Shown here one piece after another: positions 6,796-16,354 of a DNA stretch of 64,000 bases; positions within the stretch are counted from its first letter, which is position 1; the number at the start of each line of letters is the position of its first letter. Source of the stretch: an uncultured Rickettsiales bacterium. GTDB lineage: Bacteria; Myxococcota_A; UBA796; UBA9615; CAYRNR01. The translations under genes and the position numbers were made by a program. Location of the stretch: contig CAZXHG010000013.1 in assembly GCA_964639985.1 (NCBI GenBank), positions 1,597 to 65,596 on the forward strand, given 5' to 3'. The notes under the pieces are model-generated. The model saw only the letters and a program-made list of their open reading frames with translations, was not told the DNA's origin and did not search any database.

Positions 6796-8916
6796 ATGGA
6801 ACCCACCCGGGAGATCATGTGGAACGTGCACTGGATGCGGTGGCCGATCTACGGCCCGGCGCTGATCGCGTTCGGCATCATGGCGTGGGGATTCTGGAAG
6901 GAGTATGGACGCCGCAGCGTGCTGTTCCGCGCTGCCCGGCCGGACGACGAGCGGCGCAAGGAACTCGGCCGGCGGATCTTCGACGCGCTGCGCTACCTGT
7001 TCGGCCACCAGCGGATCCTGCGTGAGACCTACCCCGGCGTGATGCACTGGCTGGTGTTCTTCGGCTTCTTCGTGCTGTTCGTGGTCACGCTGCTGGTGAT
7101 GGTGCAGGAGGACTTCACGGCCCTCTTCTTCGGCGTGGAGTTCCTGAAGGGCCCGACCTACCTGGTGTGGTCGCTCGCCGGCGACGTGTTCGGACTGGGA
7201 CTGCTGATCGGCGCGGGCATGGCGCTCGTGCGTCGCTACATCGCGCGGCCGAAGCGGCTGGACAGCCGGCCCATGGAGTTGTGGGCGCTGCTGCTGATCC
7301 TCGGGTTGCTGCTGACCGGGTTCTTCGCCGAGTCCCTGCGCATGGTCGGGGACGGCGAGGTGGGCGCGCCCTGGGCGCCGTGGTCGCCGGTGGGCTGGCT
7401 GGGCGCCCTGCTGCTGCGGGGCACGGGCATGGGCGAGGGCACGGTGCGGCTGTTGCACGCGGTGGACTGGCAGGTGCACATGGTGCTGGCGCTGGTGTTC
7501 GTGGCCACCATCCCGTGGTCGAAGTTCTGGCACATGGTGCCCGGCTTCGCCAACGTGGTGCTGCGCAACGAGGCGCCCAAGGGCGATCTGCCGACCCTGG
7601 ACATGGAGGATCTCGAGGACGAGACCCGCGAGACCTTCGGTATCCACCGGGTGGACGAGTTCACCTGGAAGGACCTGCTCGACACCGAGGCCTGCATGCG
7701 ATGTGGCCGCTGTACGGACGCTTGCCCGGCGTTCGCCACGGACAAGCCGCTGAACCCCAAGAAGATCATCCAGGATCTCAAGGCCAACGCCGACGAGAAG
7801 CTCGGCCTGTGGTTCGACGCCGCGGGCAACGTCAAGGAGGACGTGGACCGCGAGGCCGAGGGCACGACGCTGGTCCACGGCTCGGACGCGGGTGAGGACC
7901 TGCCCGCGGGCGCCATCGGGTTCGAGGAGCTGTTCGCCTGCACCAGCTGCCGCGCGTGCATGGAGGCGTGCCCGGTTCACATCGAGCACGTGCCCAAGAT
8001 CCTGTCCATGCGCCAGTACCTGACGCTGATGATGAGCGACTTCCCCAAGGAGGCGCAGGCCGTGATGCGCAACCTGGAGAACAACGGCAACCCCTGGGGC
8101 ATCGGCATGGCCCAACGCGGCGAGTGGGCCGAGGGCCTGGACGTGCCCACCTTCGAGGAGGCCCCGGACTCCGAGTACCTGCTGTTCCCGGGGTGCGCGG
8201 GCGCGTTCGACGACCGCAACCGCAAGGTGGCGCGGGCTACGGCCGAGTTGCTGAAGCGGGCAGGCGTCAGCGTCGCCACGCTGGGCGGCCAGGAGACCTG
8301 CTGCGGCGACCCGGCGCGGCGCATCGGCAACGAGTACCTGTTCGCCATGCAGGCCCAGATGAACATCGAGCTGTTCAACAGCTACGGCGTGAAGAAGATC
8401 GTCACCATCTGCCCCCACGGATTGACCGTGCTGGGCACGGAGTACCGCCGCCACGGCGGCGACTTCGAGGTGGTGCACCACGCCGAGCTGCTGGCGCAGC
8501 TGGTGGCCGAGGGCCGGCTGACGCCGGAGCGGACCCCGGACGGCGTCAAGAACGTGACGTACCACGACTCGTGCTACCTCGGTCGCTGGAACGACATCTA
8601 CGAGCCCCAGCGCGACATCCTGCGTGCGCTGCCCGGCGTGCACGGGGAGGAGATGCCGCGCCACGGCTCCACCAGCTTCTGCTGTGGCGCGGGCGGCGGA
8701 CGGCTGTGGATGGAGGAGAACCTCGGCACGCGGATCAACCACGACCGGGTGAACGAGGCGTTGGGCACGGGCGCGGACACCCTGGTCTCGGCCTGCCCCC
8801 ACTGCATGATCATGCTCGGCGACGGCGTGTCGGGCATGCAGAAGCAGGACGACCTGGCGCTGAAGGACGTGGCCGAGCTGCTGCTCGACGCCCTCGGCGA
8901 CCGCGGAGGGGAGTGA
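6796..8916 (+). CDS. Membrane-bound heterodisulfide-reductase-like Fe-S protein (NarI-like TM + 4Fe-4S dicluster + two CCG domains; FadF/HdrF type)
   Basis: TM helices with His residues; CMRCGRCTDACP and CTSCRACMEACP; ETCCG and FCCGAGGG; YHDSCYLGR; GGAGG before ATG 6796. Confidence 0.88.
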   Translation: MEPTREIMWNVHWMRWPIYGPALIAFGIMAWGFWKEYGRRSVLFRAARPDDERRKELGRRIFDALRYLFGHQRILRETYPGVMHWLVFFGFFVLFVVTLLVMVQEDFTALFFGVEFLKGPTYLVWSLAGDVFGLGLLIGAGMALVRRYIARPKRLDSRPMELWALLLILGLLLTGFFAESLRMVGDGEVGAPWAPWSPVGWLGALLLRGTGMGEGTVRLLHAVDWQVHMVLALVFVATIPWSKFWHMVPGFANVVLRNEAPKGDLPTLDMEDLEDETRETFGIHRVDEFTWKDLLDTEACMRCGRCTDACPAFATDKPLNPKKIIQDLKANADEKLGLWFDAAGNVKEDVDREAEGTTLVHGSDAGEDLPAGAIGFEELFACTSCRACMEACPVHIEHVPKILSMRQYLTLMMSDFPKEAQAVMRNLENNGNPWGIGMAQRGEWAEGLDVPTFEEAPDSEYLLFPGCAGAFDDRNRKVARATAELLKRAGVSVATLGGQETCCGDPARRIGNEYLFAMQAQMNIELFNSYGVKKIVTICPHGLTVLGTEYRRHGGDFEVVHHAELLAQLVAEGRLTPERTPDGVKNVTYHDSCYLGRWNDIYEPQRDILRALPGVHGEEMPRHGSTSFCCGAGGGRLWMEENLGTRINHDRVNEALGTGADTLVSACPHCMIMLGDGVSGMQKQDDLALKDVAELLLDALGDRGGE

Positions 8917-8957
8917 GGCGCCCCCGTCATTGATCGGCTCCTCCCGCTCCGGATAGG

Positions 8958-9914
8958 ATGCCGAGGAGGATGTCCCCCCGTCTCCCATGGCTGCTGTTGC
9001 TCGTGCTGGGCGTGTGCGCCGGCTGCCAGGAGTACGGCCTCCAGGAGAACATGTTCACCGACGTGTTCGACCAGGGCACGGACGAGGACCGGGTGGTGGA
9101 CGTGCTGTGGGTGCTGGACAACTCGGGCACCATGGCCGAGGAGCAGGGCCGGCTGGCCGAGAGCCTGGGCGAGGTGCTGCTGATGTTCGAGGAGACCCTG
9201 GCAGCGTTCCGGCTGGGGGTGATCACCACGGACGTGGACGACTCCGAGCAGCGGGGGAGGTTGCAGGGGCACCCATCGGTGATATCGCCGCAAACCGAAG
9301 ATATCACGGGGTCTTTCTTGTCCAACGCATCTGTTGGTATCCTCGGTAGCAAGGAGGAGCAGGGCCTGGAAGCGCTGCGGCTGGCCCTGACCGAGGCGCG
9401 TGACGACCCGGCCAACGAGGGCTTCTTCCGCGCCGACACCGGGCTGCACGTGGTGGTGGTCAGCGACGAGGACGACCACTCGCCCGGGGAGGTGAGCGAC
9501 CTGCTCGCGGGGCTGATGGTGCTGGTCCCGGACTCCACCGACTTCGAGGTACACGCGGTGGTCGGCGACGAGCCGGACGGCTGCCTGTCGTCCGAGGTAG
9601 CCGCGGACTCCGGATCCCGCTACCTGGACGCTGCCCGGCGCACTGGCGGGTACAGCGGCAGCATCTGCCTGGAGGACTGGACCCCGCTGCTGGGCAGTAT
9701 CGTGCGCAGCTCGCTGGGCCTGGACGACACCTTCCCCCTGAGCCACGAGCCGGATCCCGACACCCTCGAGGTGCGGGTGGACAGCGTGCTGATCCCCCAG
9801 CGGGAGACGGACGGCTGGATCCACGATCTGGGCACCAACGCCATCGTGCTGCACGGTAACGCCGTGCCGCGGCCGGGCATGCAGGTGGTGGTGACGTACT
9901 ACCTGAAGCGGTAG
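8958..9914 (+). CDS. vWA-like domain lipoprotein
   Basis: Lipobox VCAGC; VDVLWVLDNSGTMAEEQ (MIDAS-like), EQGLEA, VVVSDEDD; paralog of 23013-24089. Confidence 0.75.
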   Translation: MPRRMSPRLPWLLLLVLGVCAGCQEYGLQENMFTDVFDQGTDEDRVVDVLWVLDNSGTMAEEQGRLAESLGEVLLMFEETLAAFRLGVITTDVDDSEQRGRLQGHPSVISPQTEDITGSFLSNASVGILGSKEEQGLEALRLALTEARDDPANEGFFRADTGLHVVVVSDEDDHSPGEVSDLLAGLMVLVPDSTDFEVHAVVGDEPDGCLSSEVAADSGSRYLDAARRTGGYSGSICLEDWTPLLGSIVRSSLGLDDTFPLSHEPDPDTLEVRVDSVLIPQRETDGWIHDLGTNAIVLHGNAVPRPGMQVVVTYYLKR

Positions 9915-9933
9915 AACCGCAGCGAGAGGGACC

Positions 9934-10251
9934 ATGTATCGCTGTACGCAGACGTACCCTGGCCGCTCGGCCGAGGAGATCTTCGACAAGCTCAGCAGCG
10001 ACCTGTGGGGGCGCCGCGGCGAGATCACGGACTCGGACCTGATTGACAAGATCCTGGGGGGCGTCAAGTGGGACCGCCGGCGGCTCTGGGCGGGTGGCGC
10101 CAAGCGGATCATGCTGATCAAGAGCAAGGTGGATCTGACCGTGGTGGGAGAGACGGCCACCCTGGAGCTGACCATCCCGTTCAGGGACTTCGAGCGGACC
10201 TATGGGGAGCGGATGAGGGGGATCCTGGAGACGTTATTCCAGGACGGATGA
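9934..10251 (+). CDS. Hypothetical protein, 105 aa
   Basis: GAGGG RBS, GC3-biased codons; no motif confidently recognised. Confidence 0.6.
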   Translation: MYRCTQTYPGRSAEEIFDKLSSDLWGRRGEITDSDLIDKILGGVKWDRRRLWAGGAKRIMLIKSKVDLTVVGETATLELTIPFRDFERTYGERMRGILETLFQDG

Positions 10252-11286
10252 GAATGCGCGCCGGGTGATGGCCTCGATCTCGGCACGCGCGTTCGCCACG
10301 GACAGCCCCAGCGACAGCTGCCCCCGCGCCCTTGCGAGGTTGTGCTCCCGACGCGAGCCGAACCTCTCTGCGTTCCAGCCGAAGTAGCGATTCTCGTAGG
10401 CATCGGCGCAGAACCGCGCCGCGAGTTCGATCGCGATCCGCTCCAGCGCGATACCGAATCCCCGAACCTCTTCCGCGGTCACGAATCCCGTTGCCTCGGC
10501 TGCATAGCCCTCGGCCGCGGCCCGCAGGAACGCCAGGTCCAGGGCCGCGTCGACCTCGTCCTCTCCGGAGCGGTTGCACCAGGAGCGCCACGCGTCGCCC
10601 AGGTCGTGGGTCAGCGGCCCCCGCCGCAGCGTGTCCAGGTCGACGAGGCACAGCGCGCGCTGGCTGTCGCCGTCGAAGCGCACGTTGTCCAGCTTGGGAT
10701 CGCCGTGGAGCACCCGGGGCGGGGTATCGGGCAGCGCCGGCAAGGCCGCACCGGCCACCAGGATCGATGAGGCGAGTCCGTCCACCTGCGCCCGGACCGC
10801 GGGATCCGCCTCGTCTGCGCGCAGGCCCGTCAACTTCGCCAGGTGCGCGTCCGTGTCGTGCACCACGCGCGCGAACCCGAACTCGATATCCAGGTCGGCC
10901 AGCGCGCGATGGAACCGCCCCAGCAGCGAGGCCGCCTCGGCCACGGTGTCGGGCGACGACGCGCGCGGCAGCGTGGTGCCCTCCACCCAGCTCAGCGCCC
11001 GCCAGGCGCCGTCGTCGCCGAGGTCGATCCACAGGTCGTCAGCGAGGGTGCGCAGGACGACCGGCGTGGCCATGCCGCGGTCCTGCAGGTGTGCGGTCAC
11101 GCGGTCGATGTCGGCGTTGATCGATGGGGGGAAGATGGGATTCAGCCGCTGCAGGACTCCACGGCCCTGTGCGCACGTGAAGCGGAAGGTCTGATTGATC
11201 AGACCGCCGCCCAGGGGGGCGAGGCGAGCGGCGGGATCGTCGGTGTAGCGCGCCAGCGCGCGCCGGGCGGGATCTACTCCTCCCAC
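10234..11286 (-). CDS. Aminoglycoside-phosphotransferase-fold kinase (N-acetylhexosamine 1-kinase-like)
   Basis: GGGLINQTF loop, VLQRLN, LHGDPKLDNVRF (Brenner motif), VDLDT, RYFG; start codon uncertain (GTG 11286 chosen). Confidence 0.8.
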   Translation of the reverse strand: MGGVDPARRALARYTDDPAARLAPLGGGLINQTFRFTCAQGRGVLQRLNPIFPPSINADIDRVTAHLQDRGMATPVVLRTLADDLWIDLGDDGAWRALSWVEGTTLPRASSPDTVAEAASLLGRFHRALADLDIEFGFARVVHDTDAHLAKLTGLRADEADPAVRAQVDGLASSILVAGAALPALPDTPPRVLHGDPKLDNVRFDGDSQRALCLVDLDTLRRGPLTHDLGDAWRSWCNRSGEDEVDAALDLAFLRAAAEGYAAEATGFVTAEEVRGFGIALERIAIELAARFCADAYENRYFGWNAERFGSRREHNLARARGQLSLGLSVANARAEIEAITRRAFSSVLE

Positions 11287-11753
11287 GCCTTGGCGCACAG
11301 CTCGGACGCCTTGGCCTTGGTGTCGGCCAGGCCGGGCACATCGACCGCGTTGGCCGCCTCGTCCAGGGCGGTCTGGGCCGGCACGCACTCCATGAACGGC
11401 GGCAGGGTCTCCTCCTCACCCCGCGCCTCCACGTCGGCGATGGTCTTGTCGTACATGGCCTTGTGCACGTCGCCGTAGCACAGCTTCCTGGAGTCCTCGA
11501 GCAGCTTCTTGTCGGCTTCGGAGGAGGCCCCCTCCTCGATCATGCCCATGAGGAACGCGCAGGCCAGGTTCTGGTCCGCGCCGTTGCCCTTGTCGACCTC
11601 GGCCTTGATCTCGTCGTAGTTGCTCTTGGCCAGCTCGCCGTTGACCGACAAGCCCGAGTCGCTGGCCGCCTCGCCGCTGCCGCCGCCGCCGCAGCCCGCG
11701 AGGATCAGTCCCATGATGGCCGCGCTCGGTAGCGCGATACGTGCGATGTGCAT
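11274..11753 (-). CDS. Hypothetical lipoprotein
   Basis: GGAGG RBS; LILAGC lipobox followed by a Gly/Ser linker; four further Cys. Confidence 0.75.
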   Translation of the reverse strand: MHIARIALPSAAIMGLILAGCGGGGSGEAASDSGLSVNGELAKSNYDEIKAEVDKGNGADQNLACAFLMGMIEEGASSEADKKLLEDSRKLCYGDVHKAMYDKTIADVEARGEEETLPPFMECVPAQTALDEAANAVDVPGLADTKAKASELCAKAWEE

Positions 11754-11778
11754 GGTGCCCTCCAGGTTATGGACGCGG

Positions 11779-11807
11779 AGAATCGGGTACCGGGCACGGC
11801 ATGTCAA
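11779..11807 (-). promoter_or_regulatory. Putative sigma70 promoter (TTGACA-17-GATTCT)
   Basis: Consensus -35 at 11807-11802, 17-nt spacer, weak -10, upstream of ATG 11753. Confidence 0.4.
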
Positions 11808-11858
11808 GAGCCGCGGCACCTGTGGGACAATGGCGGGGACCTCGGAAGCGGAGGGTCG

Positions 11859-12533
11859 ATGGAGCTGTTCGACGTGCTGGGATACGGCGTGTGCCATCGT
11901 GAGCCGGCGCGCACCATGGCGGATGCATGGCTGTGCTATCGCTGCAGCGGGCTGTACGCCGGTGGCCTGCTGGGTGTTCTCGTCGCGGGGTGGTTCGACC
12001 GGCGCCTCGGCGTGGGCGTGCAGGTCATGGTCTGCGGCCTGCTGCTGGCTCCGATCGCCATCGACACCCAGTTCTTCGGCCGGGGCTCGCCCTTCGACGT
12101 GGGCTGGTGGCGGCTGGTCAGCGGTGCACTCGCGGGAGTTGGCAGCGGGCTGTTCTTCGGCGCCCGCGCGGTGCGGCGGGTGGCGTGGCCGTCCGCGGCG
12201 CGACCCCTCGTGGCCACGGCCGCGGTGTGGGGGCCGCTGCTGATCGCGCTGGCTGTGGTGTTGCGTGGGTTCGGCGTGGCCGCGGGCCTCGACCTGGCCG
12301 TGGGCGCCGGCCTGACCGCGCTGTGCTTCGCGGGTACGGCCTGGGGCCTGGCGGTGGCGCGCTGGCTCGTCAACCGGCTGACGTGGCTGCGGCTGGAGGT
12401 GCGGCCGTTCTCCTCGAACCTCCTGGCGGCCGTCGTGGTCGCCGAGCTGGTGGCCGTGTCGCTGATCCCCAACCAGTACAAGCCCAGCGGCCTGTGGCTG
12501 CGGCCGGTGCTGGAGCTGCTCGGGCTGCGATGA
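11859..12533 (+). CDS. DUF2085-like membrane protein
   Basis: GYGVCHREPART...LCYRCSGLYAG motif followed by multiple TM helices. Confidence 0.75.
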   Translation: MELFDVLGYGVCHREPARTMADAWLCYRCSGLYAGGLLGVLVAGWFDRRLGVGVQVMVCGLLLAPIAIDTQFFGRGSPFDVGWWRLVSGALAGVGSGLFFGARAVRRVAWPSAARPLVATAAVWGPLLIALAVVLRGFGVAAGLDLAVGAGLTALCFAGTAWGLAVARWLVNRLTWLRLEVRPFSSNLLAAVVVAELVAVSLIPNQYKPSGLWLRPVLELLGLR

Positions 12534-12571
12534 CGTCGCGGCCGCTCCACGCGCGCGCTACCATCGGACCG

Positions 12572-15118
12572 ATGACTCTCGCGCGGATCCCGTGGGCGTG
12601 GCTATCGATCGTGGCGTGTGCGCTGGCCTGGCCGGCCGCGGCCCATTTTCCCCACGATCCGATGGCCGAGATCGCCATCGACGCGAGCGGTGAGCGGATC
12701 GTGGCGCAGTACCTCTACCCCGGGCGACGGCTGGTGGTGGTCAGCGAGGATGCGGGCCGCACCTGGGCGTTCGTGGCCCCCGAGGCCGCGCGGGAGCAGC
12801 TCGACAGCCTGCAATTCGCCGGCGGCGAGTCCCTCGTCGCCGCGGACGCCATGGCGGCCCACCCCTGGGTGAGCCACGACGGCGGCTACCGCTGGGACGC
12901 GTTGTCCGAGCCGGACGGCGCGCCCGTGCACCACGTCGCGCCCGCCCCGGGCTACGACGAGCAACCCACCCTGTTCGCCGGCACGGAGCTCGGCGTGGCG
13001 CGCAGTGATGATGGTGGCGCCACGTGGACCACGCTGGCAGGCGCGCCGGGCGGTCCCGTGAGGAAGATCGCGGTGGCGCCTGGCTGGCCGGACGATCCAG
13101 TGGTGGTCACCGTGGGGGACGAGGGCGTGTGGTTCGGCGAGGACGGCGGGCTGGACTGGCGACTGGCCCTGGGGCCGTCGGAGCTCCCCGCCGTGGTGAC
13201 CCTGTCGCCGCGGTTCGCCGAAGACGACCGCCTGTGGATCGGCACCCGGGACGGCCTGCTGCTGCGCAGCGACGATCGCGGAGGGGAATGGACGACCGTG
13301 CGCCCCGAGCCGGAGTCCATCGGCGCTCTCGACGAGATGGTGCAGGACCTGCTGGCCCTGTCGGACCAGCGCCTGCTGGCGGTCACGGCCAGCTACGGGG
13401 TGCTGTGCAGCGACGACGCCGGGGATTCGTGGGCCATGTGCTCCGAGGGGCTGCCGGCGCGGACCAGCCAGTTCAGCAGCAGCTGGGGACACTATCGTCG
13501 GCTCGATCGGGCGGTGAGCTCGCCCGACGAGGTGGTGCTCGGGGCCTGGGAGGGGCTGGTCGCGAGCCAGGACGGCGGGGCCACGTGGGAGGAGCGCTGC
13601 GCGCTGCAGCCGACCTACGTGCGCTCGGTGGGGTTCTCGCCGGCCTATCCCGACGATCCGAGCCTCTGGGTGGGTTCGTACGGCGCGGGGGTGTACGTGA
13701 CTCGCGACGGCGGGCTCGGCTGGACCGTGCTCGACGGGCTGCCCTACGCCCTGCACACCGAGGCCGTGGCCGTGAGCCCGGCCTGGCCGCACGATCCGCG
13801 CATGTTCGTCATCGGCTCCCGCCGGCTGCTGGTGTCGGCGGACGGGGGCCTGGGGTTCGCCGTTCAGGAGTTCCCGGACGTGCAGCTGATGCACCAGGTG
13901 GTGCTCGCCCCGGACTTCGACCTGGGGGGCCCGGTGATGGCCACGGGCACGACCGACGACGAGGGGCACTGGGGGGTGGTGCGCAGCGACGACGGCGGCG
14001 TGAGCTGGGAGCAGGTGTGGCTGGCGGCCGAGCCCCCCGCGCCCCAGATCACCCGGATCGCCTTCTCGGCGGTCGCGGCGGACGTGCTGTACGGAGCCCA
14101 GCGGGAACCCGCGGCCGTGGTGATATCCCGGGACGGCGGCCGGAGCTGGACGGAGCTGCAGGCCGTGGAGGGCGACGACGAGCCCGCGGCCCTGGAGGTG
14201 CTGGCAGTGGATGGCGCCGACCGCGTCGTCGCGCTGATGCCCGGAGGCCAGGTCTGGCTCGGAGGCGCCGACGCGGGGTCGTTCGACCTCGTGACCGACC
14301 TGGGCGCCGCCGTGATCTGGGGTGGGGTCGGGGGGACGGGCTCGGATGTGCTCCTCGCCTCGCTGGATCCACCGGCCCTGGTGCGGTCCCTGGACCGGGG
14401 CGAGAGCTGGCAGCTGCTCGAGGTGCCCTTCGGGTCGGTGGTGCTGGCTGCGGCGGTGCCGCCGGACCATCCGGACGACCCCACGGTGGTGGCATCCACC
14501 CACTACGGCACCTTCGTCTCCTGTGACGGGGGGAGCGCGTGGCAGCTGCTGGATCGCATGGTGCGCTGGGAGCACGGCGCGTGTGACCTGCGCTACCCGG
14601 CGATCGAGCCCGACCTGCTGCTTGGCCCGGGCACCGGCGGCGCGGCCGCCGTGATGCGCAGCGCGAGCGACGCGGTCGAGGTCGCGTTCCACGGCCGCGC
14701 GGTGCGCTGGCTGTCCTGGCGGGGCCCGGCGTGGGGCGCGGCGGACGTGTGGCTCGACGGCGAGGTGGTGGCCCACGTCGACCTGGCCGCGGATGTGGCC
14801 AGCGGTCCCGTGGTGGTGTTCGAGGAGGATCTCGGCGAGGACGGTGAGCATCAGCTGCGGGTGGAGGTGACCGACGCGCGTGGCGGCGTGGTGGTGGATG
14901 CGATCGAGGTGGAGCGCGACGCCGTCGACAACGGCCCGGACGAGCACTACGAGAGCATGGACTGGTGCGTGGACCTGCCGGCGTGGGAGGAGCCCACGCC
15001 GATCGGCGGCGGGTGCTGTGCTTCGGGGGACGGCGGCGCGCCCGAGGTGCAGGTGGGCGCGATGATCGTGCTGTTGGGGGTGGTCTGGGGCCGCCGGCGA
15101 TCCGGGGCGGGAGGGTAG
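12572..15118 (+). CDS. Surface protein with BNR/Asp-box beta-propeller repeats, jelly-roll domain and MYXO-CTERM-like anchor
   Basis: Signal peptide ending AAA-H; more than 10 S-x-D-G-G-x-x-W repeats; C-terminus GGGCC + hydrophobic helix + RRR. Alternative start at ATG 12530. Confidence 0.85.
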   Translation: MTLARIPWAWLSIVACALAWPAAAHFPHDPMAEIAIDASGERIVAQYLYPGRRLVVVSEDAGRTWAFVAPEAAREQLDSLQFAGGESLVAADAMAAHPWVSHDGGYRWDALSEPDGAPVHHVAPAPGYDEQPTLFAGTELGVARSDDGGATWTTLAGAPGGPVRKIAVAPGWPDDPVVVTVGDEGVWFGEDGGLDWRLALGPSELPAVVTLSPRFAEDDRLWIGTRDGLLLRSDDRGGEWTTVRPEPESIGALDEMVQDLLALSDQRLLAVTASYGVLCSDDAGDSWAMCSEGLPARTSQFSSSWGHYRRLDRAVSSPDEVVLGAWEGLVASQDGGATWEERCALQPTYVRSVGFSPAYPDDPSLWVGSYGAGVYVTRDGGLGWTVLDGLPYALHTEAVAVSPAWPHDPRMFVIGSRRLLVSADGGLGFAVQEFPDVQLMHQVVLAPDFDLGGPVMATGTTDDEGHWGVVRSDDGGVSWEQVWLAAEPPAPQITRIAFSAVAADVLYGAQREPAAVVISRDGGRSWTELQAVEGDDEPAALEVLAVDGADRVVALMPGGQVWLGGADAGSFDLVTDLGAAVIWGGVGGTGSDVLLASLDPPALVRSLDRGESWQLLEVPFGSVVLAAAVPPDHPDDPTVVASTHYGTFVSCDGGSAWQLLDRMVRWEHGACDLRYPAIEPDLLLGPGTGGAAAVMRSASDAVEVAFHGRAVRWLSWRGPAWGAADVWLDGEVVAHVDLAADVASGPVVVFEEDLGEDGEHQLRVEVTDARGGVVVDAIEVERDAVDNGPDEHYESMDWCVDLPAWEEPTPIGGGCCASGDGGAPEVQVGAMIVLLGVVWGRRRSGAGG

Positions 15119-15122
15119 CGGG

Positions 15123-16160
15123 CTACTTCTTCTCTTCGCCCTCTTCGCCTTCCTCGACGGGGGGCGCGGGAGGCGCCCAGCTCATCAGCAGGGAGTAGTT
15201 CGGGTCGTTCATCTTGGCCTGGTGGATGGCCTTCTTGGCCTTGCCCTCCTCGCCCTTGGCGCACAGGGTGGCGGCCATCACCAGGGTCATGTCCGAGGCC
15301 ACGCGTGCGGGCACCTTGCCCTGGTGGGTCTCGTTGATGAAGGTCTTGATATCCCCGACGGCGTCCTGCTCGGGCGTCATCTGCAGCAGCATCAGGTAGC
15401 CCTGGGCGGCGATGTGGGCGGGGTTGGTCTCGACCACCTTCGTGTACTCGGCCTTGGCCTCCTCGGCCTTGCCCGCGTCGGTGAGCACGCGCGCGAGGCC
15501 GAAGCGGTGGTGCGGGTTGTCGGCCGCGGCCACGGAGGCGCGCATCTGGGCCTCGGCCTTGACCATGTCCCCCTGGGACCAGAACGCCATGCCCAGCCAG
15601 AACTCCTTCTCACCCGGGGCGAGCAGGCCCGCGTCGATGCCCGAGAGGGTCGCCAGGCCGGCCTTGGTCGCCTCCTCGTCCTCGTCGAGCATGACGTCGA
15701 AGACCGCGTCCACCAGGTGGGTCATCGGGTCGTCCTTGTACGGGCTCTCGTGCACGTTGCCCTCGTCGTCCTCGTAGGGCTCGGCGAGGAAGGCCACGAG
15801 CTTGCGGCTGTCGCTGATCAGCATCGCCTCGCCGGTGAACACCTTCCAGATCAGGCAGCGCAGCAGCACCGTATGGCCCACGGCCTGGACCCGGGGCGGG
15901 GTCTCGCCGGTGAGGTCGGCGACCACCTTCTCGGCCTCGGCGAGGCTGGCGTAGTCGCCGTTGGTCAGGCTGGCGTCCATGGTCGCCATGGCCTCGTTGA
16001 AGGCCTTGTTGCTGGTGTAGTCGGAGTACACCTTGAACCCGATCATGCCGCCGATGATCAGCACGACCAGGAAGAACACGGTCGCGTAGTACCGCCTCTT
16101 CTTCTGCTTGATCGGGCGCATCGCCAGCTTGGTCTCTTTTCCGAAGACGTCCTTTGCCAC
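15123..16160 (-). CDS. Membrane-anchored TPR-like protein
   Basis: Basic N-terminus, one TM helix, helical repeats (FWLGMAFW..GDMVKAEAQMR; FGLARVL..AGKAEEAKAEY); GTG 16160 with upstream GAGGG. Confidence 0.75.
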   Translation of the reverse strand: MAKDVFGKETKLAMRPIKQKKRRYYATVFFLVVLIIGGMIGFKVYSDYTSNKAFNEAMATMDASLTNGDYASLAEAEKVVADLTGETPPRVQAVGHTVLLRCLIWKVFTGEAMLISDSRKLVAFLAEPYEDDEGNVHESPYKDDPMTHLVDAVFDVMLDEDEEATKAGLATLSGIDAGLLAPGEKEFWLGMAFWSQGDMVKAEAQMRASVAAADNPHHRFGLARVLTDAGKAEEAKAEYTKVVETNPAHIAAQGYLMLLQMTPEQDAVGDIKTFINETHQGKVPARVASDMTLVMAATLCAKGEEGKAKKAIHQAKMNDPNYSLLMSWAPPAPPVEEGEEGEEKK

Positions 16161-16354
16161 TGCTCTCACCCTCGCGTTGTTGGTTCGACTCGCCCCCACC
16201 GGCTGCGGCCCGGCCGCGCACGGATCGAAGGTCGAACGACCGCTAACTCTAGCACAGGCGCCTAAGCAACCCCAGGGGGGGAGGCCGCCTGCGGCTGGCA
16301 AACAGTGCGGGCGCGGTGCATAGTACGGACTCACGGGTGCCCAGGAGGAGATCG

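Noticed and set aside
16181-16200. GGTTCGACTCGCCCCCACC resembles a tRNA T-loop and 3' end (possible att site)
   Set aside because: The T-stem does not pair, there is no upstream cloverleaf, it matches none of the array tRNAs, and no integrase is nearby.
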